Shown: in pieces, positions 19,373-29,834 of the stretch
How the letters are laid out: the number at the start of each line of letters is the position of its first letter
Position numbering within the stretch: the first letter of the stretch is position 1
Source of the DNA: Escherichia virus TH35
Length of the DNA: 64,000 bases
Reading direction: 5' to 3' (one strand)
Sequence record: MT446408.1
Program-made: the position numbers and the translations under genes
Notes under the pieces: generated by a model
Seen by the model: the letters and a program-made list of their open reading frames with translations, nothing else
Database searches by the model: none
Told to the model about the DNA's origin: nothing

Positions 19373-20121
19373 TCTATCATATTCCCAGTTCTGTTTCCAG
19401 GCCCGTTACCGATATGCCCGTGAGTGGATACATCAATGCCGCCGACCGTTGTGCCAGTCGGAAGCGTTGCCGTCGTTCCTTCTTTGCCTTCTATCCCGCC
19501 ATTGAATGTTGCCTTTCCATTTACTATCAATTGTTGATCGATAGTGGTTATCGGGGTCTTGACGTTTACTCCAGCAGACGCAGTTATGTTTATTGAGTCA
19601 TCGCTTAGTGCAATTCTCACAGCGCCGCTGAGGGATTGAATTACCATTGACCCCGCATCCTCTCCGCTTATGGTGTATTTTCGGAATACATCCGGTATGA
19701 ACAGTCCATCAGCGAAAGTTTTTACACGGCCATTGGTAGGCGCGGTCGGCTTCAATTCTTCAAGGAATGTCGACAACTCGCGGTCGCCAGCGAATATCCA
19801 GCCCAAGTCGCCTTCCTTCAAAGGGAAGTTGATCACGAATCCGCCGCCGCCGATTGCCAGTACCGGAATTGACACCAAAGGTTGACGCTCCACTGGCTTA
19901 TCATCAAGACTTACGAAATGAATAACAGGTTTTATGACTGCTAAATTTTTCTTGCGGTCATAAGATATTACTTGCGCAGGAATCATGCCATCAGTGGTAT
20001 ACTTGCCACGGTCCAGCATTCCCTGAAGCGCGGCAAACATACTTGATTTGTCAGTTTGGTTGGGGCTTGTAAGTTGGGTTAACTTTTCTGCCATCATAGA
20101 CTCCTTATATCTGATCAACAA
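19369..20121 (-). CDS. Baseplate hub/spike-like protein
   Basis: ORF track 250 aa; position; Gly-rich beta region. Confidence 0.45.
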   Translation of the reverse strand: MLIRYKESMMAEKLTQLTSPNQTDKSSMFAALQGMLDRGKYTTDGMIPAQVISYDRKKNLAVIKPVIHFVSLDDKPVERQPLVSIPVLAIGGGGFVINFPLKEGDLGWIFAGDRELSTFLEELKPTAPTNGRVKTFADGLFIPDVFRKYTISGEDAGSMVIQSLSGAVRIALSDDSINITASAGVNVKTPITTIDQQLIVNGKATFNGGIEGKEGTTATLPTGTTVGGIDVSTHGHIGNGPGNRTGNMIE

Positions 20122-20154
20122 ATTATAATCTATAAGGAGTCTATAAGCAATATT

Positions 20155-20676
20155 TTAGCGATTTGACTTTGATTCTTTAATGGCAGCTTCGTTTGAGTAG
20201 GCTTCATTAAGTGATTTTGCTATTAAACCATCAAACATGGCAAATGCATCACGCAGTGAATAGTATTCTTCCAACTCCTTTAAAGATGCAAGGCCGTTAT
20301 TTATTAGACTTGCAACCATTGGCTCAAGATAATTAGGCTCTACTGTCGGTGCATCAGCCAAGAATCTATTTGGAATTTTGGTGCTTTTCCAATCGCTAAG
20401 GAATCCAAAGTTGTGCTTTTTAACGGCTTCCATCAATACTTTCAACACAAGATTAGGCGGCAAGTGATTAGGAATACTTTTCACTTCCTCACTAATTACT
20501 TTTTCAGAATTAAGCCTTACTTTGGACCCGTCATATTTGATCACATAACATTCACTCAATAATTCAAGTGGAGTTAATATACTTATGTCATCCACCATTT
20601 CAAATGCATCTATTGCGCTAAATTGATGAATTTCATAAGTCACGCCAAACAAGTCGATTATTTTATTCTTTCTCAT
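20155..20676 (-). CDS. Hypothetical tail/baseplate protein
   Basis: ORF track 173 aa; position. Confidence 0.5.
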   Translation of the reverse strand: MRKNKIIDLFGVTYEIHQFSAIDAFEMVDDISILTPLELLSECYVIKYDGSKVRLNSEKVISEEVKSIPNHLPPNLVLKVLMEAVKKHNFGFLSDWKSTKIPNRFLADAPTVEPNYLEPMVASLINNGLASLKELEEYYSLRDAFAMFDGLIAKSLNEAYSNEAAIKESKSNR

Positions 20677-20678
20677 AT

Positions 20679-21551
20679 TTATGCCGATGGTGCAACGCCG
20701 CCCGTCACCGTAAATATATCATCACGACTCGCTAAATCATATTCAAGTTGCATGATGACAAATGTGGTGTCGTTCAAGCTTGGGTTTAAGACTGATTTGA
20801 ATTTAACACCTTGTGCAAGCTTCAAATCTGCGTTATACATACAAGTGAAGTCTGCACCCCACTCGTTCCACATCGGTATTCCGACAAATTCCTCAATGAC
20901 CGTAATCTGGTCTGGATTTAGAATTTTGTCTTTATCCTTGACAATTAACGTATCGTCATCAATGTATGCCGCGATGGAGTTGCGTTGATAGTTCTGGATC
21001 TCAAGCAGCAGCGCAGCAGCAACATATGTCGTTCTTCCTGGATTCACAAGTCGCTGATTGTTAATCGACGTATCACAAATAACAGTATCGATGTCCATTT
21101 GTTTTGCAGACCATTCCACAAACTCTTTGAAAGTCGGGTTGGATGGCGCAGCTTGAGTGATGAACTTAGTTCTGTTTATTTGGTTGGTGTAGCAAGTGAT
21201 TCTGATGACAATATTCGGCGGCGGCGCTGTTATCTCAACTGTCGTCACCTGTCCCTTGTATACCAAGTTGCTGCTGATGACACTCCCTTCTCTGTATCCA
21301 GCTTCAATAGTCACGTTGACGTAGTTCGCCGCCAGCTGGCCTTGATCACGCAGACGTTTGTTGAATGCCGTGAAGTTGGAAAGCAGGTACTCTCTCAAGT
21401 ACCCTGTTAATCCTGCGACTTCAATCGTTGCCTTATTCTGAACGGAAAGTGCTGCCTTTTTGATTCGGCATCTAAGCATCAATCCTTCGTCAAGCACTTG
21501 ACTTGTGCCATCCGGCATGGATAAGGTGACTTTAAGGATTCTCTTTTTCAA
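20679..21551 (-). CDS. Hypothetical tail protein downstream of tape measure
   Basis: ORF track 290 aa; position. Confidence 0.5.
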   Translation of the reverse strand: MKKRILKVTLSMPDGTSQVLDEGLMLRCRIKKAALSVQNKATIEVAGLTGYLREYLLSNFTAFNKRLRDQGQLAANYVNVTIEAGYREGSVISSNLVYKGQVTTVEITAPPPNIVIRITCYTNQINRTKFITQAAPSNPTFKEFVEWSAKQMDIDTVICDTSINNQRLVNPGRTTYVAAALLLEIQNYQRNSIAAYIDDDTLIVKDKDKILNPDQITVIEEFVGIPMWNEWGADFTCMYNADLKLAQGVKFKSVLNPSLNDTTFVIMQLEYDLASRDDIFTVTGGVAPSA

Positions 21552-21555
21552 ATGA

Positions 21556-23736
21556 TCACCACTTCAAAGGTGTAGCAGTAAGGTTGTTTATGTCGTTGAT
21601 ATCATCTTGTTCAAGCACGCGCTTAGTCTCAATAGCCGTGCTTCGTGGGTCTTGAGCGCCGTTGACGTTGATGACAACGTTTTTCTGACCCATAGTAATA
21701 TCACGCCCACCAGGTCGACTATTCGCGGAGAGGTCGCTGCCGTATTTCTGGAACGCCTCAAGCTGGAATGCGGCAAGACGAGCATTCTTCATCGCTTCGG
21801 CCTGAATGTTCGGTCTTACGCCTGGAGTTGAAGCCAACTGCATGTTTTTAATATAATCCCTTTGCGTTCCAAGTTTAAGGTAAGTTTGAGCAAAGTCAAT
21901 ATCGCCTTTGTTAACTTGCCCTTGCATCAACTGCTCAACTGGCACGTTTAGGTATCCTGCAATGGCTTCTTGCAACTGTCTGTATTGCACCGTTTGGCGG
22001 GATTGGCCTTGTACTGGTGCATAGCTTCCTTTCGGCGCTTCTGCTCCGCTACCGCTAAGCACTGGAGTAACTGGTGCACCTTGCGGCGCTCCTGTGGCGT
22101 ATTCTCCATTCGCCTGTCGGTCGAGAGCGGCCATCACCTTGCCAGGATATGCACGGGTGTTCTTTCCCCATCCGCTTCGGTCATATCCACCGTGATACAT
22201 AGTCAGCGCAAGATTCCAATCGCCATTGGCAGCTGTTAAATATTCCTTGAGAAGTTGAGCGCCGCCCATAATGTTTTGTCTTGGGTCGTTACCGTCAGTG
22301 ATTCCAAGACCCTTGAAGTTGGAAGGCATTATTTGCATCAATCCGGTCGCGCCTGCTCCGCTCACAGCATTAGGGTTGAATCCAGATTCGACTTCTGTGA
22401 CGGCCTTCATCATCGCAACAGGGATTCCATAACGCTTGGAGGCTTCCTCATAGATTGAGTCATATGCAGTCGGATTTCCTGACCCCAAGTTGTTGCCTAC
22501 GGTCGCACCAGTGCTTAGTGCTGGCGTGCCAGGCATTGCGGATTGGCCTGCGCTTCGTCCTATCTCACCAGCCCATGCAGCCCACGCTTGTCGCTCATCA
22601 ATAACACCAGCAAAGGTTGAAACGGCGCTTGAAAACAGGTTTATATCGCGAGTGAAAAGTGCTTGCGCAGAACGTTGTTCAGCCGCGTTTTGCTCCTGGT
22701 TCCTCTGGCGCTTCACATCGCCGTCAGCCATCTGAGTTATCCATCTATCAACTGCACGCTCGTGACGCTCGTTAACAGCCGCCTGTTTATCGAACGGGTG
22801 TTTCAAATCAGCAATGAAATTGTCGACAAATTCAGACCATCCATCAGACATCCTTTGGAACATCATCTGGAATCCTTCGACTGTATCGGCGGTCTTGCTG
22901 ACAAGCGTCGAGAATGCAGGCATCACGTTCTCACCGATTACCAGTCCAATGCGTCGCCAGTCTTCTTGAATTTGGCCCATGCTGTTTCGTATCGTTTCAA
23001 GCGCAGCCTGCTGTCTTTGCAGCTTCGCCGTTTCTTCGTCGCTTATACGGGTGCTTTCTTTGACTGATTGATTTCGCTCACGAAGCGCACGGACTTCATC
23101 GGCGGTAAAACCTGCCAGAGCACCAATAGCACGAGCGGTTTGCTCATTCACACTTCTCAGCTTTGTGCCAATTTCATCAAGAAGCTGGTTTGTGTCTTTG
23201 ATGCCGCCGTTACTATTGAAAGGACTGGTCCCCATCTTGTTCAGCAACAAGTTGTCCTTGTTCATCACATCTGGGTTGGTGTATGCGTTAAATGCGAGAT
23301 TAGAAGCCTTGCTGATTAAATCCCTTGACCCTTGCGCACCAAGAACTCCGCCTGAACTCTCATTCAATTGTCGCTGTAATTGCTCCACGCCAATTGGTGA
23401 AAGTCCTGCTTCAAATCCAAGCTTCCTTTGCGCTTCATATTCTTTTCGAACATCAACGATTGATTTAACGACAACAGCCAATCCTGCGACAACAGGAACG
23501 AGCGCGGCAAAGCGGTAAGTAAGCCGCGCAAGGATTCCGTCAATGGACCCCAGTTCAGCTGTGAGAGGCTTCAGCTCACCAAACACATCTTTGAATGCTC
23601 CGGTGAAGTCCTTGCCAGCGGCCTTTGCCTTTTTGTTTGTCTGATCAACCTTATCTTGCAATTGCTCAAGACGATTGATGGACTCTTTCAAGTCCACCGT
23701 GTATTGAAGAACAAATTTTTCTAATGAGTCAGACAC
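21556..23736 (-). CDS. Tail tape measure protein with C-terminal lytic transglycosylase (SLT) domain
   Basis: ORF track 726 aa; coiled-coil-rich N-terminal part; SLT motif EVESGFNPNAVSGAGATGLMQIMPS. Confidence 0.8.
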   Translation of the reverse strand: MSDSLEKFVLQYTVDLKESINRLEQLQDKVDQTNKKAKAAGKDFTGAFKDVFGELKPLTAELGSIDGILARLTYRFAALVPVVAGLAVVVKSIVDVRKEYEAQRKLGFEAGLSPIGVEQLQRQLNESSGGVLGAQGSRDLISKASNLAFNAYTNPDVMNKDNLLLNKMGTSPFNSNGGIKDTNQLLDEIGTKLRSVNEQTARAIGALAGFTADEVRALRERNQSVKESTRISDEETAKLQRQQAALETIRNSMGQIQEDWRRIGLVIGENVMPAFSTLVSKTADTVEGFQMMFQRMSDGWSEFVDNFIADLKHPFDKQAAVNERHERAVDRWITQMADGDVKRQRNQEQNAAEQRSAQALFTRDINLFSSAVSTFAGVIDERQAWAAWAGEIGRSAGQSAMPGTPALSTGATVGNNLGSGNPTAYDSIYEEASKRYGIPVAMMKAVTEVESGFNPNAVSGAGATGLMQIMPSNFKGLGITDGNDPRQNIMGGAQLLKEYLTAANGDWNLALTMYHGGYDRSGWGKNTRAYPGKVMAALDRQANGEYATGAPQGAPVTPVLSGSGAEAPKGSYAPVQGQSRQTVQYRQLQEAIAGYLNVPVEQLMQGQVNKGDIDFAQTYLKLGTQRDYIKNMQLASTPGVRPNIQAEAMKNARLAAFQLEAFQKYGSDLSANSRPGGRDITMGQKNVVINVNGAQDPRSTAIETKRVLEQDDINDINNLTATPLKW

Positions 23737-23739
23737 AGT

Positions 23740-24156
23740 TTACCCCTTGTTTGGAGTCTCGCCGCTGAGGAATGGCGCGATTAATCGCATCGATTCGCCA
23801 ATAAATGCTGCAGCCATTTCGCCGCCAGCTTGCTCCCAGTATCCTTCACGTTCAGCGTGAGTCTCTGGGTTGATTCCGTTTTCCATCAACACTGCTTCGA
23901 AAACCAATTTCAAGTTTTCCCAGTCGCCAAGATGGTTGTCAATAAGTGCGCCAGTGCTCAGAGGAATTTCTTGCCCGACATCAAGTTCAACCTTCGCAAA
24001 GCTTAATACTTCCATTGTGTATTCTGAACGAAAGGCAGGGTCTTTTGACATCGCAAATTCGATGAATCGGCGCTGTATGTTCCAACCTTCCATCGCAGTC
24101 ATTTTGCTGATTTTAATTTCTACTTTGCGACCAGTTTGTTTATTGGTGATCTTCAT
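23740..24156 (-). CDS. Tail assembly chaperone-like protein
   Basis: ORF track 138 aa; immediately upstream of tape measure gene. Confidence 0.45.
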   Translation of the reverse strand: MKITNKQTGRKVEIKISKMTAMEGWNIQRRFIEFAMSKDPAFRSEYTMEVLSFAKVELDVGQEIPLSTGALIDNHLGDWENLKLVFEAVLMENGINPETHAEREGYWEQAGGEMAAAFIGESMRLIAPFLSGETPNKG

Positions 24157-24157
24157 T

Positions 24158-24718
24158 TTATATTCCTACTGTTGATTTTATTTTATTATATAACGAACTC
24201 ACAGTTGTAGTCAAACTGACTGGCTCTTTAATAGCCACGCCATTTGACGATTCATCTGCGGACTGTTTAGGGTCAAAGCTTCCTTGAATACTAAATGACG
24301 TCTGTTCAAATGTTATTACAATTGAGACTCCATTCAGGTTTTCTTCTGACTGAGTTATTTCGACATCAGACATCGACATTTTGCTTGCAATTATGCTTCG
24401 AGAAGTTATCGAAAATGTGACTTCATCATTGTCGAATGTATTAATTATGTTTTCAATAGTCGATTGGTCGTTGCAAATTACGTTTAGCGCCATGTGCGCT
24501 GGCATTATTACTTTTGCCGCCTGTAAATTGCTTACTGAGGATGTGCTTGATACTTCCACCACCTGCATCGCCGTTCCAGCAAGGGGAAATTGAGTAGTTT
24601 CTGCTGGTGATGTTATTTCTGCAGACACTGGAGAAAGCCTTGTCCAGACAGGAAGCCCTGTCGACTCGTTCGTTATGGTCAGAGATTGACCAGAAAGCAG
24701 AATCGAAACAAAGTCCAT
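24158..24718 (-). CDS. Hypothetical tail protein
   Basis: ORF track 186 aa; position. Confidence 0.5.
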   Translation of the reverse strand: MDFVSILLSGQSLTITNESTGLPVWTRLSPVSAEITSPAETTQFPLAGTAMQVVEVSSTSSVSNLQAAKVIMPAHMALNVICNDQSTIENIINTFDNDEVTFSITSRSIIASKMSMSDVEITQSEENLNGVSIVITFEQTSFSIQGSFDPKQSADESSNGVAIKEPVSLTTTVSSLYNKIKSTVGI

Positions 24719-25251
24719 CAGAACATCCCCTTGATGCCATTCATCACCTTTGTTGCAACGCCAGTGACGCTGGCAGTAGTCTCTTTTATATAAGCGATGC
24801 CGCGCTCAATGACAGTGGAGTCGGCTGCTTGCGCTGTTTGAATAGACACATCCTGCTGTGTTAATATCTCATGGAAGACCAGTTGTATGGGTTGTGAAGT
24901 TATATTGTCAGCATCTTGGCTGAAATTGTTATTTTGCAGCACCATACGTTCAAATATTAGCCCACGAGAATTTATTGTGTATATCGTGGACCTGTTCTGC
25001 AACATCTTTGCGATTGCGTCGGATGCGCTTTTTGTCTGTGCTATTACAGTCACAGTCAATATTCTAGGCATTTTGACTCTGCCATCGACAATATAGCTTC
25101 CATCTTCCCTTTGGTTCTTGAATATCTTTGCTTGGAGTCTTATTTTAACGTTAACAATTGCCCAACCAAGCGTTGACACTTCCCCAAGGTTGAAGCTTCT
25201 TATTGTGAAGCTTCTGTTGGAAAGACTATATGACAATAAATCGATAGCCAT
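24718..25251 (-). CDS. Hypothetical tail protein
   Basis: ORF track 177 aa; position. Confidence 0.5.
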   Translation of the reverse strand: MAIDLLSYSLSNRSFTIRSFNLGEVSTLGWAIVNVKIRLQAKIFKNQREDGSYIVDGRVKMPRILTVTVIAQTKSASDAIAKMLQNRSTIYTINSRGLIFERMVLQNNNFSQDADNITSQPIQLVFHEILTQQDVSIQTAQAADSTVIERGIAYIKETTASVTGVATKVMNGIKGMF

Positions 25252-25748
25252 TAAATTGACCCCAATATGCTCTGCACCACGCCTTTTGCAATTTGCGATG
25301 TGCTCTGTGCGCCGCCGTAGCTGGCAAACACGAATGTGTATCTGTTTGTCTTACGACGACCGGATTGCTCAATGGAGTCGCCAAGCGGACCGCTGATGAT
25401 GGTTCCGTTTGAAAATGCCACTCTGCCGCCATCAGGATATGTAATAAGCATTGACGTGACATCCTGTATAGGAAGCCACTTGAATCCGCCTTTACGAGCG
25501 GAAAGCAAAAGCTTTAGGTTTATATCGTCTTCAGTGTTTGGGATCACCGCAATGGATACGCGAACGACGGCGGCCTTGTCATAAATACAAATGCCACCGT
25601 CATAAGTAAGTTGATAGCCTACTGATTCAACTTCCTCAATAATTAGCGAATCCTGGTCATCAGACAAAGAACTGATATTCAGCCCAACAGGGAAAGATTG
25701 GAGAGCGACAATTCTAATGCTTGTGCCAAATCCACTAATATTGACCAT
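25251..25748 (-). CDS. Tail tube-like protein, paralog of 26699-27166
   Basis: ORF track 165 aa; N-terminal MVNISGFGTSIRIVA similar to MINVSGFGASIRLVA of the other tube protein. Confidence 0.55.
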   Translation of the reverse strand: MVNISGFGTSIRIVALQSFPVGLNISSLSDDQDSLIIEEVESVGYQLTYDGGICIYDKAAVVRVSIAVIPNTEDDINLKLLLSARKGGFKWLPIQDVTSMLITYPDGGRVAFSNGTIISGPLGDSIEQSGRRKTNRYTFVFASYGGAQSTSQIAKGVVQSILGSI

Positions 25749-25750
25749 GT

Positions 25751-26017
25751 TTACTCCGCAGATGCAGATTTAACTGCCGCAAGAATTTCATCCTTATAAG
25801 AAAGACCTTTGATGTCAATCTCATGTTCCTTTGCATAAGCCTTCAATTCAGAGACGCTCATTGAATCAAAATCAACTTTCGACTCTACTGGCTTCTCTTC
25901 TACCTGTTCTTTCTTTTCCGCAACAGGCTTTGAAGTCTTGTTGAATAATTCCGATGCGTCTTCAAATTTTTCGCCAAATTTCATGACGCCATTAGCAAAA
26001 TGAATTACTTGTGCCAT
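25751..26017 (-). CDS. Hypothetical protein (88 aa)
   Basis: ORF track; position in tail module. Confidence 0.5.
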   Translation of the reverse strand: MAQVIHFANGVMKFGEKFEDASELFNKTSKPVAEKKEQVEEKPVESKVDFDSMSVSELKAYAKEHEIDIKGLSYKDEILAAVKSASAE

Positions 26018-26373
26018 TATTGATTACTCACCTTTATACGTTCGCCATAAATAGTCACCACTTCAGCGGTAAATCCAAGAATACCGTTTTGGATGGTGAC
26101 AGTCAATGAGTCGATTCCGGCAACGTCTGCTTTCTTCAGAATAGCATCTGCAATCGACTTTCTCGCACCGTCTTCATCAACGGGCGATTTGAAAACAGTG
26201 CCCAAATAATCGACTCCGTTTTCAACATCGTACAAGTCTTCACCAAGTCGCATTTGATGCGCCGCCTTGATAACTTGTACCATGGCCTTTTCTCCTGACA
26301 GAATATTCAAATTTCTTCCATCAGGCAGAAACAGGTCATTGTTATCATTAACTTCAATCGTTAGAGTTGTCAA
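26017..26373 (-). CDS. Hypothetical protein (118 aa)
   Basis: ORF track; position. Confidence 0.5.
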   Translation of the reverse strand: MTTLTIEVNDNNDLFLPDGRNLNILSGEKAMVQVIKAAHQMRLGEDLYDVENGVDYLGTVFKSPVDEDGARKSIADAILKKADVAGIDSLTVTIQNGILGFTAEVVTIYGERIKVSNQ

Positions 26374-26699
26374 ATTGCAAACTCCGCTTCAGCAGTTTTC
26401 TGGAATTCAGCCAACTCAGATTCTGACATGTAATATAAATTACAGCCGCCAGAGTTAAAATGCTCATAATCGGGCAAGCTGTCAAAAATAAAGTTGCCGT
26501 ACCCAATCATGAGATATTTATAAGGCACCATTGGTATACCACCAAAACAGCGCACCCCTTGAATCAACAATTCGCCATTGCGGTAAACATCTGCGCACAT
26601 GTGCTCAATTGCGGCGAATATGTGCAGTTGCCAATAAGCACCGTCAACGTTAAAGCTGATATTCTGGTTAGGTACGCTGTCAAGTGGTATTTGATACAT
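26370..26699 (-). CDS. Hypothetical protein (109 aa)
   Basis: ORF track; position. Confidence 0.5.
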   Translation of the reverse strand: MYQIPLDSVPNQNISFNVDGAYWQLHIFAAIEHMCADVYRNGELLIQGVRCFGGIPMVPYKYLMIGYGNFIFDSLPDYEHFNSGGCNLYYMSESELAEFQKTAEAEFAI

Positions 26700-27166
26700 T
26701 ATAAAATCTCTTGGTTGCTCACGCCAGTTTTGACTACGTTCTCAAACTTAAAGCGATATTGACGTGTTTTTACACGACCCTGAGACTGGATGCCAGGAAT
26801 CACTGAACCAGTCGTCAAAGTACCCTTGTTCAGTGTGATGACCATGCCAGAAGGATAGGTCAGAATAAGGGTGATCACGTCTTTCGCAGAGTTCTTGCGC
26901 TTGCCTACACGGTTAGCCGCTGCCAGAACATCTAAGTTTACATCGCTTTCAGAAGTAGGGATGATGTTGACGCCTACTTCAAGAGGGTTGGCACGGTTCC
27001 AGACTACCAAGTCACCGTTCAATCCCATTGCCGCTTCAGAGATTTGAAGATCAGGCGCGTCAATCGGATCAGCATCGTCTGCGAAATCAGAAAGAGTTAC
27101 ACCATTTGGAAAAGTGTTTGATGCCACTAAACGAATCGAAGCGCCAAAACCGGAAACGTTAATCAT
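26699..27166 (-). CDS. Tail tube protein
   Basis: ORF track 155 aa; immediately downstream of sheath gene. Confidence 0.6.
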   Translation of the reverse strand: MINVSGFGASIRLVASNTFPNGVTLSDFADDADPIDAPDLQISEAAMGLNGDLVVWNRANPLEVGVNIIPTSESDVNLDVLAAANRVGKRKNSAKDVITLILTYPSGMVITLNKGTLTTGSVIPGIQSQGRVKTRQYRFKFENVVKTGVSNQEIL

Positions 27167-27213
27167 TACAGATTCCTCTCAGAGAGATGGCCGCCAGTTA
27201 CGGCGGCAATTAT

Positions 27214-28752
27214 TTAGATAAGAACGTCACGACCTTCAACGCGACGCACAGCATCATCTTTAGAGTAGATTAGCGTGTATGTTGCATAGTATTCGGTGCG
27301 TCCATCGGAAGTGGTTTCAGTATCAAAATCTACAGTCAGCCAGTAACCGATAGTTTCAACCTGTCGCCAAGCAGTGTTGTCACCGGAAGTTTGCGTGATG
27401 TATTGTTTCTGAATCTCAGTCAGCGCCTTGCCAACAGAGATGGTGCCGTTTACTTTTGCGTTATCCACAGCAACCTGAATCATGGCTTGTACAGTCGCTT
27501 TCCCTTCTTCGTTAGCAGGCACGCGACCCAGATTCAAGAACATGCTAAACAGCTGAGATGTAATAGCAGACTTTAGCCACATTTCGTTGGCATAAGTGTT
27601 CATATCAACTGCTGCAGTTGAACCGCCCATCAATACGCCGCGCTGGAAGAATGCCAAGGTTTGTCCGGCCTGCTGAGTAGCACCGATGTAGTTCGCACGG
27701 TTTTGATCAGCAGTATCTGCGCGAGAGTCAGTTGAAACAGTCACGTTGCGAGTATCAAACTGATAATACATGTAGTTTTGAGTCGCATTTACAGTATTAT
27801 AGTTTGTTGCCGCGAGGATTTCAGCAGGTGCTTGGTCGATGTAATCGTTGGCAAGGTTAGTTGCACGAATCATCATGCCAACGCCTGAGTACCCTTTCAG
27901 AGCGGTGTAGTATGACCCGATATTGGCGAACGAAGTCGAGAATAAATACATGTACATATTATTCTGCGAATGAGTCCACGCTGCCACAGCGGTAATTTCT
28001 TCCAGAGTTCGGTCAGCCCCAGCAAAAAGGAATGAGCCGAAGTTGTTGGAGATTTCCACAGATGCTGCGATTGCTTCTACCGGACTTGAAACGCCCTGGC
28101 CTGCAACGGTTACAGTGCCAGTGGTGGTCCAACCTAATGCTTGAGACGGGTCGGTCGGTTGGCCTGTGACATTGATAGACAGATTGCCTGCACCAGCGGT
28201 CGACGGCGCTGCTTCCAGCGTGAACTGCTGAGTATTAGCGTTCCAATACACTTCTGCATCAGCAAGTGCAGGCACCGACATGCCACCTTCTGCTGCAAAT
28301 TTAGTATTGATTGCCGTTTCCAGAAGTTCAGCCACATTTGCCAGACTTGTTGCCGCTGAAAGGTTAATTGCGTCAGTCAGGTAGTCTGTGCCGTCATAAG
28401 TGATGCTTAAAATAGCGCCAGTAAACGCTTGAAACGTAGCAAGCACTTTAGGCTCAGTATCACCGATTACCATCGCTGGAATCGCAGTTGAAACAATACG
28501 CGAGAAGCTGATTGAATCAGGCGAGTTAATTTGCTTGCTGATGAATCCAAAATATAATGCTGCGCGCTTATATTCTTCGGAAGAATAACCGAAATATGAT
28601 CCAACAGCATCAGCCGTTGAAAATTCTGCTACAATGCCTGGCGGCAGAACTGTATTAGAAGTCATGACGCGAAGCGACAGTTTGCGAACTGCAACAGCCG
28701 CGCCTGCTCCGACCCCTGATACAATTTTAATATAACGAGATTGACTGATCAC
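27214..28752 (-). CDS. Tail sheath protein
   Basis: ORF track 512 aa; size and position upstream of tube gene. Confidence 0.6.
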   Translation of the reverse strand: MISQSRYIKIVSGVGAGAAVAVRKLSLRVMTSNTVLPPGIVAEFSTADAVGSYFGYSSEEYKRAALYFGFISKQINSPDSISFSRIVSTAIPAMVIGDTEPKVLATFQAFTGAILSITYDGTDYLTDAINLSAATSLANVAELLETAINTKFAAEGGMSVPALADAEVYWNANTQQFTLEAAPSTAGAGNLSINVTGQPTDPSQALGWTTTGTVTVAGQGVSSPVEAIAASVEISNNFGSFLFAGADRTLEEITAVAAWTHSQNNMYMYLFSTSFANIGSYYTALKGYSGVGMMIRATNLANDYIDQAPAEILAATNYNTVNATQNYMYYQFDTRNVTVSTDSRADTADQNRANYIGATQQAGQTLAFFQRGVLMGGSTAAVDMNTYANEMWLKSAITSQLFSMFLNLGRVPANEEGKATVQAMIQVAVDNAKVNGTISVGKALTEIQKQYITQTSGDNTAWRQVETIGYWLTVDFDTETTSDGRTEYYATYTLIYSKDDAVRRVEGRDVLI

Positions 28753-28764
28753 GTCGGTGTCCTC

Positions 28765-29250
28765 TTATTTAATGACTTGGCTGCTGACAGATTGCCACAT
28801 GAGGCTAGTGTGAATCAAAGGCTTGTCGAATCCCTTCACACGTACAGTATATCTGGCGTTTGGTTGCCACGGTCCGTTTTTAATTGATTCGACAATCTTT
28901 GCTTCCATCGCAAGCCCAATTTGACCTAATGCCTGTCTAGCGTCTATTTTACCGGAAAAAATCTTTTTAGCAATTTTATTCTCTATTTCACTGCGCTCAC
29001 TAACGAATAATTCATAGGCATATCTCATGAATGGTCTGGGTGGAACTTCTACCCTGACTGGCCCTTGTCCAAAGTTCAAAACGGCTATGTGACCAAACTC
29101 GTTAAGCCGCGCGACTTCTGACACCAGTATTCCTTCTCCACCAGTTTCTGAAGGGTATCTGGTAGAATCAAACCATCCTGCCTCAACAGTAAGACCCTTC
29201 ATAGACTGAAGCGCCTTAATCTGTTTCTCTATCATTTTTGATTTTGTCAT
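28765..29250 (-). CDS. Neck / head-tail joining protein candidate
   Basis: ORF track 28765-29310; start moved to internal ATG 29250 abutting upstream stop. Confidence 0.5.
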   Translation of the reverse strand: MTKSKMIEKQIKALQSMKGLTVEAGWFDSTRYPSETGGEGILVSEVARLNEFGHIAVLNFGQGPVRVEVPPRPFMRYAYELFVSERSEIENKIAKKIFSGKIDARQALGQIGLAMEAKIVESIKNGPWQPNARYTVRVKGFDKPLIHTSLMWQSVSSQVIK

Positions 29251-29251
29251 A

Positions 29252-29833
29252 TTACACCGGAATATCACCCAAATCATTATTAACAGCTCTTGCAACAGCA
29301 GGAGTATCAATTGAAATTGCGTTTCTGTGAAGTATTACCAAATCAAAAGAAGGGAATGATTCAAATTGCGACATGTCATCATAAAACTTTTCATTATTAT
29401 TCATGTCGATTCGATATACTGATGCCTGATGCTTTTTGAACCAATCCCTCAAATTCGCTTTATGAGTTATGAATCTTGCCAAATAAGTCAATACGTCATT
29501 AGCAGTAGGCTTTTCTGGATTGCCAGGAACTTCTGGAAATAAGCCGCTGATTTGAAAACGTGTAGCGTATATTTGATCTTCAACATCTTTGAATTTTCCG
29601 TTTACAAATTGAGACTCATCATTGACAAATTCACTTTTCCTCATGGACCATCCAAACGGAACTGAGAATAAAAGGTTAAACCAAATTTGGTCACCAGTCG
29701 GAAGACCCTGTTGAGTCGGTTGATACTTTTTCTGGACCGGAACAGCAGAAAGGTCTGCACGACTATACGCCGCCAGACCTTCTTCAATTCGCGTTGCCAG
29801 CATGTCAATCAGGTCGACATCTGTCATATACAC
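29252..29833 (-). CDS. Hypothetical head-tail connector region protein
   Basis: ORF track 193 aa; position. Confidence 0.5.
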   Translation of the reverse strand: MYMTDVDLIDMLATRIEEGLAAYSRADLSAVPVQKKYQPTQQGLPTGDQIWFNLLFSVPFGWSMRKSEFVNDESQFVNGKFKDVEDQIYATRFQISGLFPEVPGNPEKPTANDVLTYLARFITHKANLRDWFKKHQASVYRIDMNNNEKFYDDMSQFESFPSFDLVILHRNAISIDTPAVARAVNNDLGDIPV

Positions 29834-29834
29834 C

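Noticed and set aside
23740-24718. Programmed frameshift joining two tail assembly chaperone ORFs upstream of the tape measure gene
   Set aside because: The two ORFs are in different frames but no slippery heptamer was found at the junction and the upstream protein does not resemble a chaperone
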